A stretch of DNA of 64,000 nucleotides from the human T2T-CHM13v2.0 reference genome, Homo sapiens: NCBI RefSeq assembly GCF_009914755.1, contig NC_060943.1. One strand, given 5' to 3'. The translations under genes were made by a program, and so were the position numbers. A model generated the notes under the pieces. The model was not told the DNA's origin. It ran no database searches and saw nothing but the letters and a program-made list of their open reading frames with translations. Below are positions 1-12,944 of this stretch, piece after piece. Each line of letters begins with the position of its first letter. Position 1 is the stretch's first letter.

Positions 1-30
1 CACGTCTCTCTCTCCCTCTTTGCATTTTAG

Positions 31-60
31 GTAACAAATAAGGATGCAACTAAAATCAGC
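31..60 (+). CDS. VSTM2B: VSTM2B internal 30-nt coding exon (VTNKDATKIS), phase 0/0, inside the Ig V-set domain
   Basis: CU-rich tract and ttttAG end at 30; perfect donor GTAAGT at 61. Splices in frame to 1417, giving [23 protein letters not shown], which I recognise as VSTM2-family sequence. Confidence 0.9.
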
Positions 61-1371
61 GTAAGTGTGGAGCCCAGCGCGGGCCGCGGGAGACCCCTTC
101 TGGCCGCCTCGGGTCCCGCAGCTCCCTCCCTTAGCAAGCCGCGGCGGCCGCGCATGTGGGGCCGCGCAAGTAGGGCAGCGATCGCAGCCTTGCATCGGTG
201 GCTGCTCGGCGTGTCCGGGCGCCATCTGTCGCCGGTTGCAGGGTCGGGTTCTCTTTTGTGTAAATCAAGGGTCCAAGGCTTGAGTCCCCTAATTCGGCTC
301 GGCGCTGACCTGTAAAACTCCCCTTGGTCGGACTGCGCGCTTAGGGCCTCTCGCGCCTGCCAGCCTCCGCTCTGCGGGCATTCCTCCTAGCACCGGGAGC
401 GCGCGGCTGCTCGCCCTCGCCGCGACCGTGGCGCCAGCTTCCCGCCCCCTCTGCCCCGCCCTGAGCATCTGCTCTGCGCCCTCCGCTGCAACCCTTTATC
501 CTCCGCCTGGATTGCGGGTCTGGGTGCGGGGTGTTGCAGGCTTGCAGGGGACGGGGTAGGGGGTGGTTGTGCCAGGCTGCGAGGGGCCCGGGTCATGGGG
601 TTGCTAACTCTGGGAGGAGATGCGCCCAAGCTTCCCACCTGGAGCGTAGAAAGGCCTGGAGATGACGAAGCCTCCTCGTGGGCTCGGTTCAGAGGTGAGG
701 GCTCCCTGGGTGTTTGTTGAGAGCCGTAGAGCAGTACTTCCCGAAGTCCCCACCGGGGCGCAGGGGAGGAGCACTTCGCTGGGGGGCTTCTGGAGATCCC
801 GCGGAAAGGCGGGTTGGTAGCAGGTGGCCAGGGAGCCAGGCAGCAGCCTCAGCGTTGCTTGCCTTCTTAAGAAAGCACAGTGTTAGCTGTAAAGGGCGGG
901 GTCCGGTGACAGGGTGGCTTTCCTTAGGAAGCGATTCGGGCAGGCCCTCCGTGCTCCGGGAGGTGAGGAGGGCCGGCTGGGGCGGGACTGTCGGTTGGAG
1001 CGCGTCGGGGCGGGAAAGACGTGGGGAAGTTAAGGAACAAGGAATCCAGCCTGGGGTTTCCTGAAGGTGCAGGAGGGAGGAAGGAGAGGTGGACTCTGCC
1101 CTTCTGAAGCGCCAGCTACGGGAAGACAAGCAGTGTTGGTTTGTATGGGCGGGGCAGATGCAAGGTGGGCGTTTGGTTAACGTGATGGGGACGTGGGGAC
1201 ACAGTCCAAAGAGCTGGCTGCCTGGCGTCCACGCAGAGTTGGAAGCCCTATGCCACTGGGTAGACGCGGGTGAAAGGGAAGCCGGATCGTGATGGTGGGC
1301 AAACCAGGATCCGGGAAGTGTTGGGGTGCGCGGATGAGGGGGCGCGACGGCCAGGGTGGCCAGAAGAGTAG

Positions 1372-1935
<564 letters not shown>

Positions 1936-1993
1936 TAGGGCTGCGCCGGGACGCCCCGGGGGGCTCCGGACCCAGGACCCGCCCCCTGGGCGC

Positions 1994-2007
1994 ATTTGCA
2001 TATGCAT
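1994..2007. promoter_or_regulatory. Octamer (ATTTGCAT) overlapping a near-perfect MORE palindrome (TTGCATATGCAT)
   Basis: Motif read directly; 11/12 match to ATGCATATGCAT. Function not shown. Confidence 0.35.
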
Positions 2008-3354
2008 ACTCCTTCCTAGTTAGGTCGGGAGCGCCCCCCCCAGGGCCTTCTTCCCGCGGTTTCTCTGTCTTTACTCCTGGCCTCTGGAAGCATTTCTGAT
2101 GTGCATTTATGAATGGAGGAGGGGGCTGCCCTGCCAGCTACCTCAGGGTACGCTGGAGGCTGTAGTGTGGGGAGGCGACCTCTTTTGGGTTTGGAGAACT
2201 GGACCCTGAGGGCTGAGCTCCGATGGTGGCAAGGGGCCAGTACTCAGCCACCACCGGTGGTGGAAATGAGCTATCCCCAGATGGGGGCACTGGCACCTGC
2301 TGGAGAGCGGGAGGCGGTTAAAACTTGAGTTGCGTTGGTTTCTATTTTGTGTGCTCGATTGAACAGACTTTGTCCAAGGGTGTGGAGGGGCCTGGCTGTG
2401 TAACCTACGCCCTCTTTGGCTAAATGCAGGATGGCCCTAGGCAGCAGCTCTGCACTCTGCTGTAAATCGCAGATCCTCTCCCTTTGGCTTTGGGGTGGGG
2501 GCAGTAAGGACTGAGCCCTAAGCCACTGTTAGGAAGGCACCCAGAGGGGAAGGCTTGCTTTCTTAGGGAGCTGAGAGGCTGGGAGAAGGGATTGGGGATG
2601 GGGGGCGGGATGTGAGAAGGCAGAAGGAGGAGAAAATGATGGCTTGACTACCCCCTGGTAGGCAGCTCTGGGGCGGTAGGAGCCATTGGCAGAGGCAGGG
2701 GTGGGGGCGGTGGGGGGCGGTTATGGAGGGTAGAAAGGCTTGCCCAGTGTGCCCCTCCTCCCAAGGCATCCCCCACTCTCTCCCCCTGCTCCAAGCTGGG
2801 CCTCAGAGCCCACCCCAGTGCCTGACTGTGAGCAGGTTGCTCCCTCCCTTGGCCCCTCTCCTCAGTCTTGTTTGATGCAGAGTCCCACAGGGAGCATCTC
2901 TCCTGGCCACATGGCCCTGGGAGCCTGGCTTTGGGTACAGGTGCATGTGAAACTTCCTAGATGTGATGGAGCACATTGTCACACCCCTACAGTGGTAGTT
3001 CTCAAAGGGTGGTCTTCCTGCAGGCTCCTGGACTACCTGCAGAATCCGCTGGGGCAGGTCTTCATGTCCTTAGTGTCACCATCTCATCCTGCCTCCCTGG
3101 CTAACTCTCAAGCCCTCCGACAGTTGAGCCTGCAGTCTGCCTGGCACATCAGTTCAGTTCTGTCTCTCATTTAGCTCTACCCACTGTAGCAGCCGCCTCA
3201 GTGCGTCTCAGGCTATTGGCTTGATCCGAAGGCCTCATCCGTCTTGGATGCCACACAGGAGCCCACAAGACTGTCCCTCAGGCTACTGGGGAAGGTAGGG
3301 ACCTGCAAAGAGCCTCCACAGCCCAGCTGGGAACTTTCCACCCTCTGCACTAAG

Positions 3355-3920
3355 ATATCACTAGGTGCTGTGACAAATAAACCCCAAAAGGCCAGTGGCT
3401 TGACACAATTCAAATTTAATATTCCTCGTTCATATCAAGTCCTGCCCTGGAGTGCCCCAGGGCATGTGGCGGCTCTGTTCCATGCAGTCATCCAGGGACC
3501 CAGGCTGAGAGTACCAGCCTCAGCAGGAGGCTTCCAAAGTCACTCTGGGCATGACATAGAGCCAGCAGACCAGTGAGGAGAGACAGAAGCAGCCCTTGTC
3601 AGCTCACTGCCCTAAGAGAATTAAGCCCTAATACTCTCAGGCATGCATTGTGTATGATGAATCAACTTGTTTCATATGCATTTAGGACGGCCCTAAGTAT
3701 GTATCATTCTTGGGAGACTGAGAAAACAGCCACTCAAATCTTTCTGGCAGCGCTTAACTCTCTCAGAGAAAAGCTGGTTTAGAAAAATGGCAAGGCGTTT
3801 TTTAAGGGCTAGGTCTAGAAGTGGTAAATATTACTTCTACCCTCTTCCATCGGCCAGAACTCAGTCACATGGTCCAACATGGATGTAGGGCCCGCTGGGA
3901 AATGTAGTCCTTGGTGTGGC
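3355..3920. mobile_element. Ancient MaLR (MLT1-type) LTR remnant
   Basis: MLT1-like segments: gctgtgacaaataaaccccaaa, gtcatccagggacccaggct, gccagaactcagtcacatgg, ctgggaaatgtagtc. Confidence 0.5.
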
Positions 3921-4179
3921 GGCTGCTTTCGGGCCTCATCTCTTCACAGTGCAAGGGGAGCGTGACTCTTCGAGGAGTTAGCCATCTCTGTTCAGCATAC
4001 AGGCAGTGCTCAGGGAGAGTTCCTATTGACTTACAGAGCCATTGGCTTAACTGATGCTTGTTGGTGAAGAGAACATCCTTCTTCCCCCTCCCCTTGGGCC
4101 CCAGCAAGGAAATGTGTGCATTACAGGCTGGGACGTACCTCTAGGATATTCCTGGAGGATTTGAAAGGCAGAAGTTCCG

Positions 4180-4320
4180 ATGTAGGTTGTGCTTCCACCA
4201 CTTACTGGCTGTGTGATTTTAGGCAAGTGACTTACCATCTCTGAGTCATCTGTAAAATGAACAGGATAATCTCTCTGACCTCAGAGGGAGCTTGGTATGG
4301 AAATTGCTGCACATATATGT
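4180..4320. mobile_element. MIR fragment
   Basis: MIR core-like ccacttactggctgtgtgattttaggcaagtgactta...catctgtaaaatg. Confidence 0.65.
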
Positions 4321-6029
4321 TCATTATTATCACCCTGGTCATTAGCTGCACTAGCTGGAGAGGAGAGGATGGGCAGATAAAGCTAAAAGGTTGGCAGTTG
4401 GAAGCCAGGCTATGGAGGGCCTTGAATGCCAAGTGGAACCAGCAGTTGGTTAAAGACCGGTCAAGACCATGTGAAATAGATCTTTGAGAGTGGACTTGGT
4501 TGTGCTCACAAAATGATAATGAGACCAAGGTCATGAGCGCACTCCTGCTTGAATCTCCCTCTTCCCTTGGCCTTCAGCCTGAGTCCCAGGCCCAGCCACA
4601 GATGACCTGACTGCCTGCCATAGCCAGTCTGATCTCCAGTCTCGGTGCTGGCCATGGAGGCTGAATGAGAGAGTGAAGATGCTCCAGGACATCTCATCCA
4701 GGGAAGGTGGGCCAGTCAGTGCCCTTCTTCCCAGAAGATATGGAGGTCCTCAGGTCAACTCAATGCTGATGGCACAGTGCCCAGTGCCATCCCAGCAGAT
4801 AGGACCTTGGGCACCCACCAGCCACGGGGCCATATGTTAATGCCCATGTGGGTCACTCTGCCTTCCCTGGAGGGGCTGATGTCCACTGCCATCTAGAAAG
4901 CACAGCTTGCCTGGATCCCAGCGGGGCTGACAGCAGCACCCCTGGGATAGAAGTACAGTGGCCTCTGAGGTCTCTGTCACCCCCTAACCCTTGCCAGCTC
5001 CTGAACTGGCCAGGAACTGTGTAGACACATCTCAGAAAGAACCTCCAGTCTCTCTCCAAGTCTCCTTTGGGGTGCCCAGAAGGTGGGCCTTCAGCTGGGA
5101 GGTCAGAAAACCTGTGTCCCTCACTCTCCAGGTGAAGCTCTCTTGAGAGTGGTTCTGCTCCAGGCACTCTATGTCCCACTCTGGGCACGGAAAATGGATG
5201 GCAGACCTGTCATTCACAAACACATCCGAACAGCCTTGATGCCAAGGAGGGAACCATGCTCAGTCTTGTGTCCCACCTCACCCCGGTCACCCAAGGCCAC
5301 CCAGGCTGTGTGCTGTCAATGTGAAGCCTGCAGACTGTGTTTTGGAGGATGGGCATTAGTAACCTTTCTGTAGGGCTGCATCACCAGCCAGTGCCCCGAG
5401 CTCAGCTGCTGGCACCAGGTACTGCTGAGCGCCCTGAGAGGCAGCAAGCCAGCTGCTTTGCTCGGAACCACAGCAGCCTGAGCTGCAGAGGGAGCTCGGG
5501 GCAGACGACCTTGGGCCTTGCCTCCCAGCCACTCAATTCTAGGCAGCTTGATGGGGAGGGGTCCAGAAAGGACCGCTGCCTCTTGGTTAATAGTCAAGAG
5601 TGTTTGCAGAGGATATCAACCAGGGTGCTGGCAGAGGCACATGGAACATTCAAACAGGGTCACTGGGGGGGATGGAAAGAGCGTATGTACCAAGGTGTGG
5701 ACAGGGTTAGGGCAGCCAACAAAGGATTGATGCAGGTCCCCGGGGCTGGCATCAGTGGGAGCCATCAGCAGACCTAGCCTAAAGGTCTGGGGGCAGCTGG
5801 TAGCACCCAGAGAGTAGGAGGGGAGGCACACAGCCAACCCACAGTCACCCAGCAAGGATCTCACTCCTCCTGCCCTCCATTCCCTGTCTGGGCCTCCCTT
5901 TGGCCAAACCCTCCTGGAACCTGAAGGCAGGGGCACCCAGGTGGTGCAGGCTGTAGAGGTCAGCCCTCAGGGGCTCACAGCAGAGTGGAGAAGGGTGGGC
6001 TGAGGACCTGGGGGCACTGAAGAGGCTCA

Positions 6030-6351
<322 letters not shown>

Positions 6352-9302
6352 AAGAGGCTCAGGACACTGGCCATTTCAGATTGGCAACAGCAGGGGCGGT
6401 CCCAGTACATCTCCCCAAATAGTCCCCCATTAAGCGATCGTTCCTGGAAGGAAGTCAGAAAAAAAGTCCCTATTTTTTAAGTGAGCCACTTTGGTAATGC
6501 CACGAAGGAGAGAGGGGGGACTTCCTCCAGCCCTCATCCATTAGCTACCGCACAGCCAGGCAAGAAAGCCCTTCCCATGCCACATGTGTACCTAATACAC
6601 CCAAATACATATTTGCACTAAAAGTTGATGTGCAAAAACTCATTCATTTCACGTCTCATTTGTCAAGAGACATTTTGGTATTTGTGCTTAAAAATAAACA
6701 TGGACTGCATTAGCAGAGCAGAGCAGGCGCAGGAGGCTGGGCCCCGTCTTAGCTGTGTTCATAAATCTGGCTCCTAATTAATCTGAATGCTGACCCATTT
6801 TTCGTGAACACTTTGTTGCTGGTTGCCATTTCTAGAAAAGAGAGAGAGAGACCAAGCAGAGTATCTTCCAGACTAACACTTCTAAATGGAAAAGGCACCG
6901 CAGTAAAGTCTAGCGCGGCCTCAAAAGAATCCAGTTTGCAACTGAATGGCTGGTGTGTTGGCCAGAGGTTCCCCTCTGCAGGGACGTTGGGATCAGAGCA
7001 GTGGCGTGTGAACCTCTAATTAGCCTCAGGGCTCTGGCTCCAAGGAAAGGCACCATGGCCCCCACAGAGAGCCGGCTGGATGTGGCAAGCTGCTGCTGGG
7101 TGCCCACACGGAGAACTGGCTCTCAATATTTCAATTAATAATGAGAGAAAGACAGCCAAGGCCATGGGTATGATGGCTGTAGAGAGGCTGTGGCTGCTGG
7201 GAGCCGTCAAAGGGGAGCATCCGCGGATGTCGCCATGGCAACCGTAAACCGTGACCAAAGGGGGCCGTGGGCAAGGTGGAGACAGTCACTACATCTCGAC
7301 CCATGCCCCGGTGGTGATAGAGCTGAAGGAATGGCACACACGTGACCCAGGAGAATCGCGATGCAGCAGAGTCACCAGCAGTACCAGCAGGCCCAGGACC
7401 TGTGGGCCCTGAGCAAGCCATTGAGGCAGCCACCTGGTTTTCCCATCTCCCCGGACCCACGAGGACCCAAAGGCCCTCACCTTAAATGAACAATCCACTC
7501 TTCCCCCAAGTTCCGATGTGACATGAGAATTATAATTAAGAAGAAAACAAATCTGGCAAGGGATGTCCCAGAGAAGAGAGGGCGAGGCTCTCTGAGCATC
7601 CTGAAAAAGAAAATTAAAGGATTTCATAAAGGAAATGGCTGAGCCTCACAGCTGGCAAGCAATGCCTGCTTCATCCCTAACAGCAGCAATCTTACGCCAT
7701 TATCAGCGACATGGCATCCTCTCCCCCAGCAGCCAGTCACTGGGAGCCTTCTGGGCCCAGCCCCACGCTTGCCATAAGGGGGAACCAGAGATGGCAGTGT
7801 GGACCCAAACTTAAAGGAGCCAGGGCACCCAGGTAATTCCAGGACAAAGCAGTCTGTGCTGTGCCAGCACTAATCCAGCTGAGGCAATCAGGAGAGGCTT
7901 CCTGTAGGTGGTGTGTGACTTACAGCTTGAAAGAAGCACCTGAGGCTGAAGTCCTCCCAATTAGGTCAGACCTTGGAAAGCTTTCAGATGCCCCCTCTCT
8001 CCTTCCCAAGGTTGGAGAAGTCCACACCAAATGGAATGGCCTTTGTGTATCAGTCAGCTCACTGGGCAACCATCCTCTCAGCATCAGCAAGACCCTAAAT
8101 TCAGGATAAAAACAGCTGCTCTTGGATTATAATAATGATAAATAATAACATTTGCCTTTTACTGAGCACTTACTGTGTGCCACGCTCTCCTCTCACCGGC
8201 TTTCCTCCTTCCCACAGTTCTCCCTAATGCCTCCTGCTTCAGTCCGTCCCCCAGAAGACAGAGCGCTCTCTCTGTGCTTATAGCCAGAGCCCACACTCTC
8301 TGCCCAGCTGGAGTGGTAGCCCCCAAGAAAAGAGCTGGAAGCCAGCCTTGTTAAATGTCACCGGGAACTAACCCCCCAACAAGGAGCTGCTCATTAAACA
8401 CGCCAGGTGCATATCCTTAAAGCTCTGAATATTAAGGATTCCCCAAGCATCCGTGGGGATAAATGAGGTCAAGTGCTTTTGTAATATGATATTGATTAGT
8501 TCTGCTCTGTGTGGACAGAGCAAGGCCTTGGCTGTGGTCTAAACCCCTGAGCTTTCTGGAAGATGCCAGCATGGTTTTAAGACATTTTTGCAGCACAGGA
8601 GAAAAATAAAAGCATTATCTTTTTTATTCCCCCATGCTTAGCTGACTATCACCAGGCATCTCTTGTAAACTTGTATCCAGAGTGGTGAGAAGGCTTCACT
8701 TTGCCTTACATAAGGGCTGCAGGGAAGTTTGAGATGGGAAGTCAGCAGGCTCAGCCCCTGTAACTCTTGATTCCTGACTATTCCTGATGAAGAATGACAC
8801 ACCTCCTTCCCTGGGGTCGTGCTTCTAGGGAAATTAGCCTGCTTGTCAGTGGCTTTGGTGCTCTCAGGGAAGATGTGCTATAAATACCAAGATGGAGGAT
8901 CCAGTCTGGCCTCCTGTGGGTTAGGGTGTAGCTGCTGTTAAACAGCCAGCGGTGGAGGTGGCTGCGGGGGCTGCTTGCAGACAGCAGCACCCTCGGTGAC
9001 CGCAAAGTATGAGCATAGCCCAGGCCCCTTCTCCTGCCTGCATCCTCCACAGGACGGCCCTTGAGAGACAGACCTTGTGCAAAGCCTGTCCCTGCCAGCA
9101 ATCCTGTTTCTGGAAGTTATTGGTTGTTCTGTTCTGTCGTTACTGCTCTCTGGGCTAAAATATCAAAGCTACTTTGGACAGGCTTCAGTTGGCTCTGGTT
9201 CTTGCAGTTCAAGAGGAACGTTGAGGGGTCCTGGCGTTGGCATGAAATAAGGAGCCAAAGTGGACATTTCGGAAGCTTTTCCCCACAACCACCCGCCCCC
9301 AC

Positions 9303-9360
9303 ACCCACCTACTCTCCCGCACCCACCTACTCTCCCGCACCCACCTACTCTCCCGCACCC
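9303..9360. repeat. 18-bp tandem repeat (acccacctactctcccgc) x3
   Basis: Three identical units read directly. Confidence 0.9.
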
Positions 9361-10137
9361 ATGGGCCCTGCTCCATGCAGCTCAGAAGTAACCAGCTTGC
9401 CAGAAGGGCCACTGAGAGGGACAGAGCACCCCCTAAAAGTCCCAGTTGAGCACCCAATGCCCGCTAGAGACCGAGGCCAGGAAAATTACCTAGGCAGATC
9501 AGTCCTCCCCACAGCTGCCCATGCTGGTGGGAGAACCAAAGCATCACCCGAGGGACACTGAACATAGTTCCGGAGGAAGTTACACTCACCACCACTTCCA
9601 ACCATCGCATTCTCTCCTGACATTTCAAATGTTCCTCACTGTTCAGCATGCTGGCTCACAGGTAAGCCAGGATTTCAATGCCAACAAATTTGCCCCCTTT
9701 CTGGGCCTTTACAGGGCTCTGGCCCTGCAAAAGTCACAGCATGTGCTTCTCACTCCTGCCCTTCATACCCTAAGTATTATGCTTGTTTTCCGGATACATC
9801 CAACCATTTGATTGGAATCTTGAGTCCATCACTTCCCACTCTCTCTGTACGAGTTCCGTCATCTGTTATCATCAGCACGACACCGATTCCTATGCCAGAG
9901 AGTGGTTGGCAGGATCCGGGGGGATAATCCGTGGAAAGATGTTAGCTTAACACAGGGCCTGGCACCTAGAATACACTCAGTGGATGTTGGCTTTGGTAAC
10001 CAGCGTTATTCACGGGAATGGTGTTAACCATCCAGGATCGCTTACTAAGCTGGACAGGGTGCTCCGATCTGAGACTTCCTTCATGAGACCGCCCTCCCTC
10101 CTGCAAATGCTGTGAGCATGATGGAGCTAATTGTGAT

Positions 10138-10554
10138 TGTATTCATCCATTTTGCATTGCTATCAGGGAATACCTGAGTCTGGTCATTTATAGAGAAAAG
10201 AGGTTTATTTGGCTCACAGTTCTGCAGGCTGTGCGAGCAAGGCACCAGCATCTACTTGGCTTCTGGTGAGGCTTCAAGGAGCTTTAACTCAAGGCAGGGG
10301 AGTAGACATGTCACATGGTGAGAGAGGAAGCAAGAGAGAGAGGGAGGATGTGCCAGGCTCTTTAAACAACCAGCTGTCATGTGAAGTAACAGAGTAGGAA
10401 CTCACCCATTACCTCATTACCATGAGGAGGGCACCAGGCCATTCGTGGGGGATCCACTCCCATGACCCAGTTACCTCCCACCGGGACCCACCTCCAACAC
10501 TGGGGATCACATTTCAACATAAGGTTGGAGGGGATGAACATCCAAACCATCTCA
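10138..10554 (-). mobile_element. MST-family (MSTB-like) MaLR solo LTR
   Basis: TG...CA ends, typical MST motifs, perfect 5-bp TSD GTGAT (10133-10137 / 10555-10559). Confidence 0.88.
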
Positions 10555-12239
10555 GTGATGGGGCTGATGGAGCTCAGAAACAGAAAGGGCCATCAGATTG
10601 CAAATGGCTCGGAGAGTTGCTGTTTTTGTAAGTTCTCTGGCTGCACCATTTCAAGGGGGGAAGGTAGAAAGATGGGGATGGTGCCACATCCCCATACTAG
10701 TCTGGTTGGGGCTGTTTGCCATAAGTCACGAGCTCCTTGGTGAACAAGGACAGCTTCATCATGGTTTCGTGTGGTCCATCAGCAAATTAAACCCCCAGGT
10801 TTGCCCACGTGCCGAGTCCTGGCTGTGCTAACAGGGCTCCTGGGGAAAGCTGCTCCATGTCATGCCTGGTCGTGCTTCTTTGTCATATAGGCTGCTGCCA
10901 GTGGCGCGGGCACTGTGATGTGAGGGGGTAGGGCCTTTCGGGTGGCAAGGAGAAGCTCAGAGGAGAGGCTGGTGTTTGCAGCACTGGACAGCTGTGTCTC
11001 CAGGGGAGAAGTGGGGAGAAGGTAGAAAGCTCTCTCACCATGTCATATAGCCAGAGAGCCTCCTGGGGTAGGTCTAGACTGAGAGGAGGTGCCCGAAGTC
11101 CCCATCACTGGGGCCTTTACAGAGATAGAGTGAGAGAGAGAGTGAGAGCCACCTATGTCAGGGAGTGCCCCACAGGGATGGGCCTTTTGGGGACTCACGC
11201 CACCGTTACAGGCTCAGGACATGTGCTGGTTCTTCCACTTGCGTTCCTGCATTTTGCTTTTCATGTTCACATCCACCCCAGCTTCCCTTTCCGTGGCTCA
11301 CTGTGCCCAGAGATTGCTAATAAAGGTGCCACTTGGCACCGAGGCTAGTGAGAAGAATGCAGGACAGAGATACCACCTCTGGGATGTGCTGGGAGTGTAA
11401 GCAGGCTGCCGGCCAGGCCAGGAAGCCAGGGCCCCTCCTGCCTGTCTCCACCCCTCACGCCCATGTGAGCCTGCCTCCCTCCCAGCACAGACAGCCCACT
11501 GCAGACTCCTGCTGGAGGCCCACCCACCTGTAATCGTATAGCTCTAGAGACAGAGAGCCTTCCCTCTGCTGACCCTGGCCTGCTGTCCATCAGCTGCCCT
11601 CAGGGAGGAAGGCATGGTTTTCTTTAAGGCAGGAAAGCCCAGCTGCAATGTCAGTCCCCTTAGAGTGACTTTTATTACAATTGATTCTCATACAAATGCC
11701 GCTTGGCCCAGAGGAAAGATCTTTAATAAACCCATGGAAGGGGGAGCTGACATCACATCAGGCTCAGTCCGAGTGGGGGGTGGGGATTCCTGGTCTGCTG
11801 TATCTGGTCTGGCCCAGGCCAAGGGGCAGGGAGCTACCCAGAGCATCAGGCAGACCTAGCCCCTGCCCCAGGTAGGAGCTCATGGTCTAGTTATGGTGGC
11901 CATGCAGGAGGATGAACCCAGGGCTCAGCTCAGGCACAAGAGGGGCTCAGAAATGGTGGGCTACCAGGATGGACTAGTAGTTGGGAAGAACTCAGAAAGG
12001 TGGGGCCAGGGTGGGCTGGTAGTTGGGAGAAGACTTCCTGATCCTGCAGCCAAAGGAGTTTCTTTCATTCTGAGCACCTAGATGTGCCTTGCTGCTGCCT
12101 CAGGGCTCCCAGCAGTTCTTTCCCTGTCCTGCAGTCAACACCTGGCTGAGTGCCCCATCCAGACTGATGCCCACAGACAGCAGGCCTGGTTCATTCTCAC
12201 TGCTGTTTCCCCACTGTCCTATATTCATTGGACTTGGTA

Positions 12240-12940
12240 CTAGTTCATTCATTCATTCAATCATTCATCCAGCAAATGTCCATGGAGCATTTTTTTATGT
12301 GCAGGAACTTTTCTAGTCACTGAGGGCATAATGTGATTAAGACTAATGAGGTCCTGAGAAAGTGACAGAGGAAGAGACAGATATTGATCAAATAGTCACA
12401 TAGCAAGTGGAAATTAGCAGCCATGGCTGGTACTCTAAAGGAGAGGCCCATGGGCTATGGGAGCTAAAATAGGGAGATTTGACCCAGTCAGGGAAGGGTC
12501 ACCAAGAAAGTGACATTTGAGCCATAATCAGGAAGACAGTTAAGAGTTGGCCAGGTAAAGAAAGAAGGTAGAGCTTTCCAGGAAGAGGGACTCACATGTG
12601 CAAAGGTCCTGCGGCAAGAGGGATCTGGGGAAATGCAAAGGCCTCACAGAAGCTTACTGTGGTGGGTGCAGAGAAAGCAAGATGGGGAAGCAAAGGGGAA
12701 ATTAAGTCAAGGTTAGAGTTTACTGGTCAAACAGGGTCAAACTGTAAGGCCTTTTGAAGAGATCAGGAAGCTTTGACTTTATCCTAAGAGCAGTGGGATG
12801 GGGTTTGAGTGGCTAGGGCATGATGCCTTCAGAAATGGTCACTCTGGTTGCAATGTGGAGATTGGAGAGGTGGGATGAATTTGATAGATGGGGAAGACCA
12901 CTTAGGAGGCAGTGATCCAGTCAAGAGATGATGGGGCTTG
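12240..12940 (-). mobile_element. L2 (LINE2) fragment
   Basis: (ATTC)n 3' tail followed by L2-like body. Confidence 0.6.
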
Positions 12941-12944
12941 GAAT

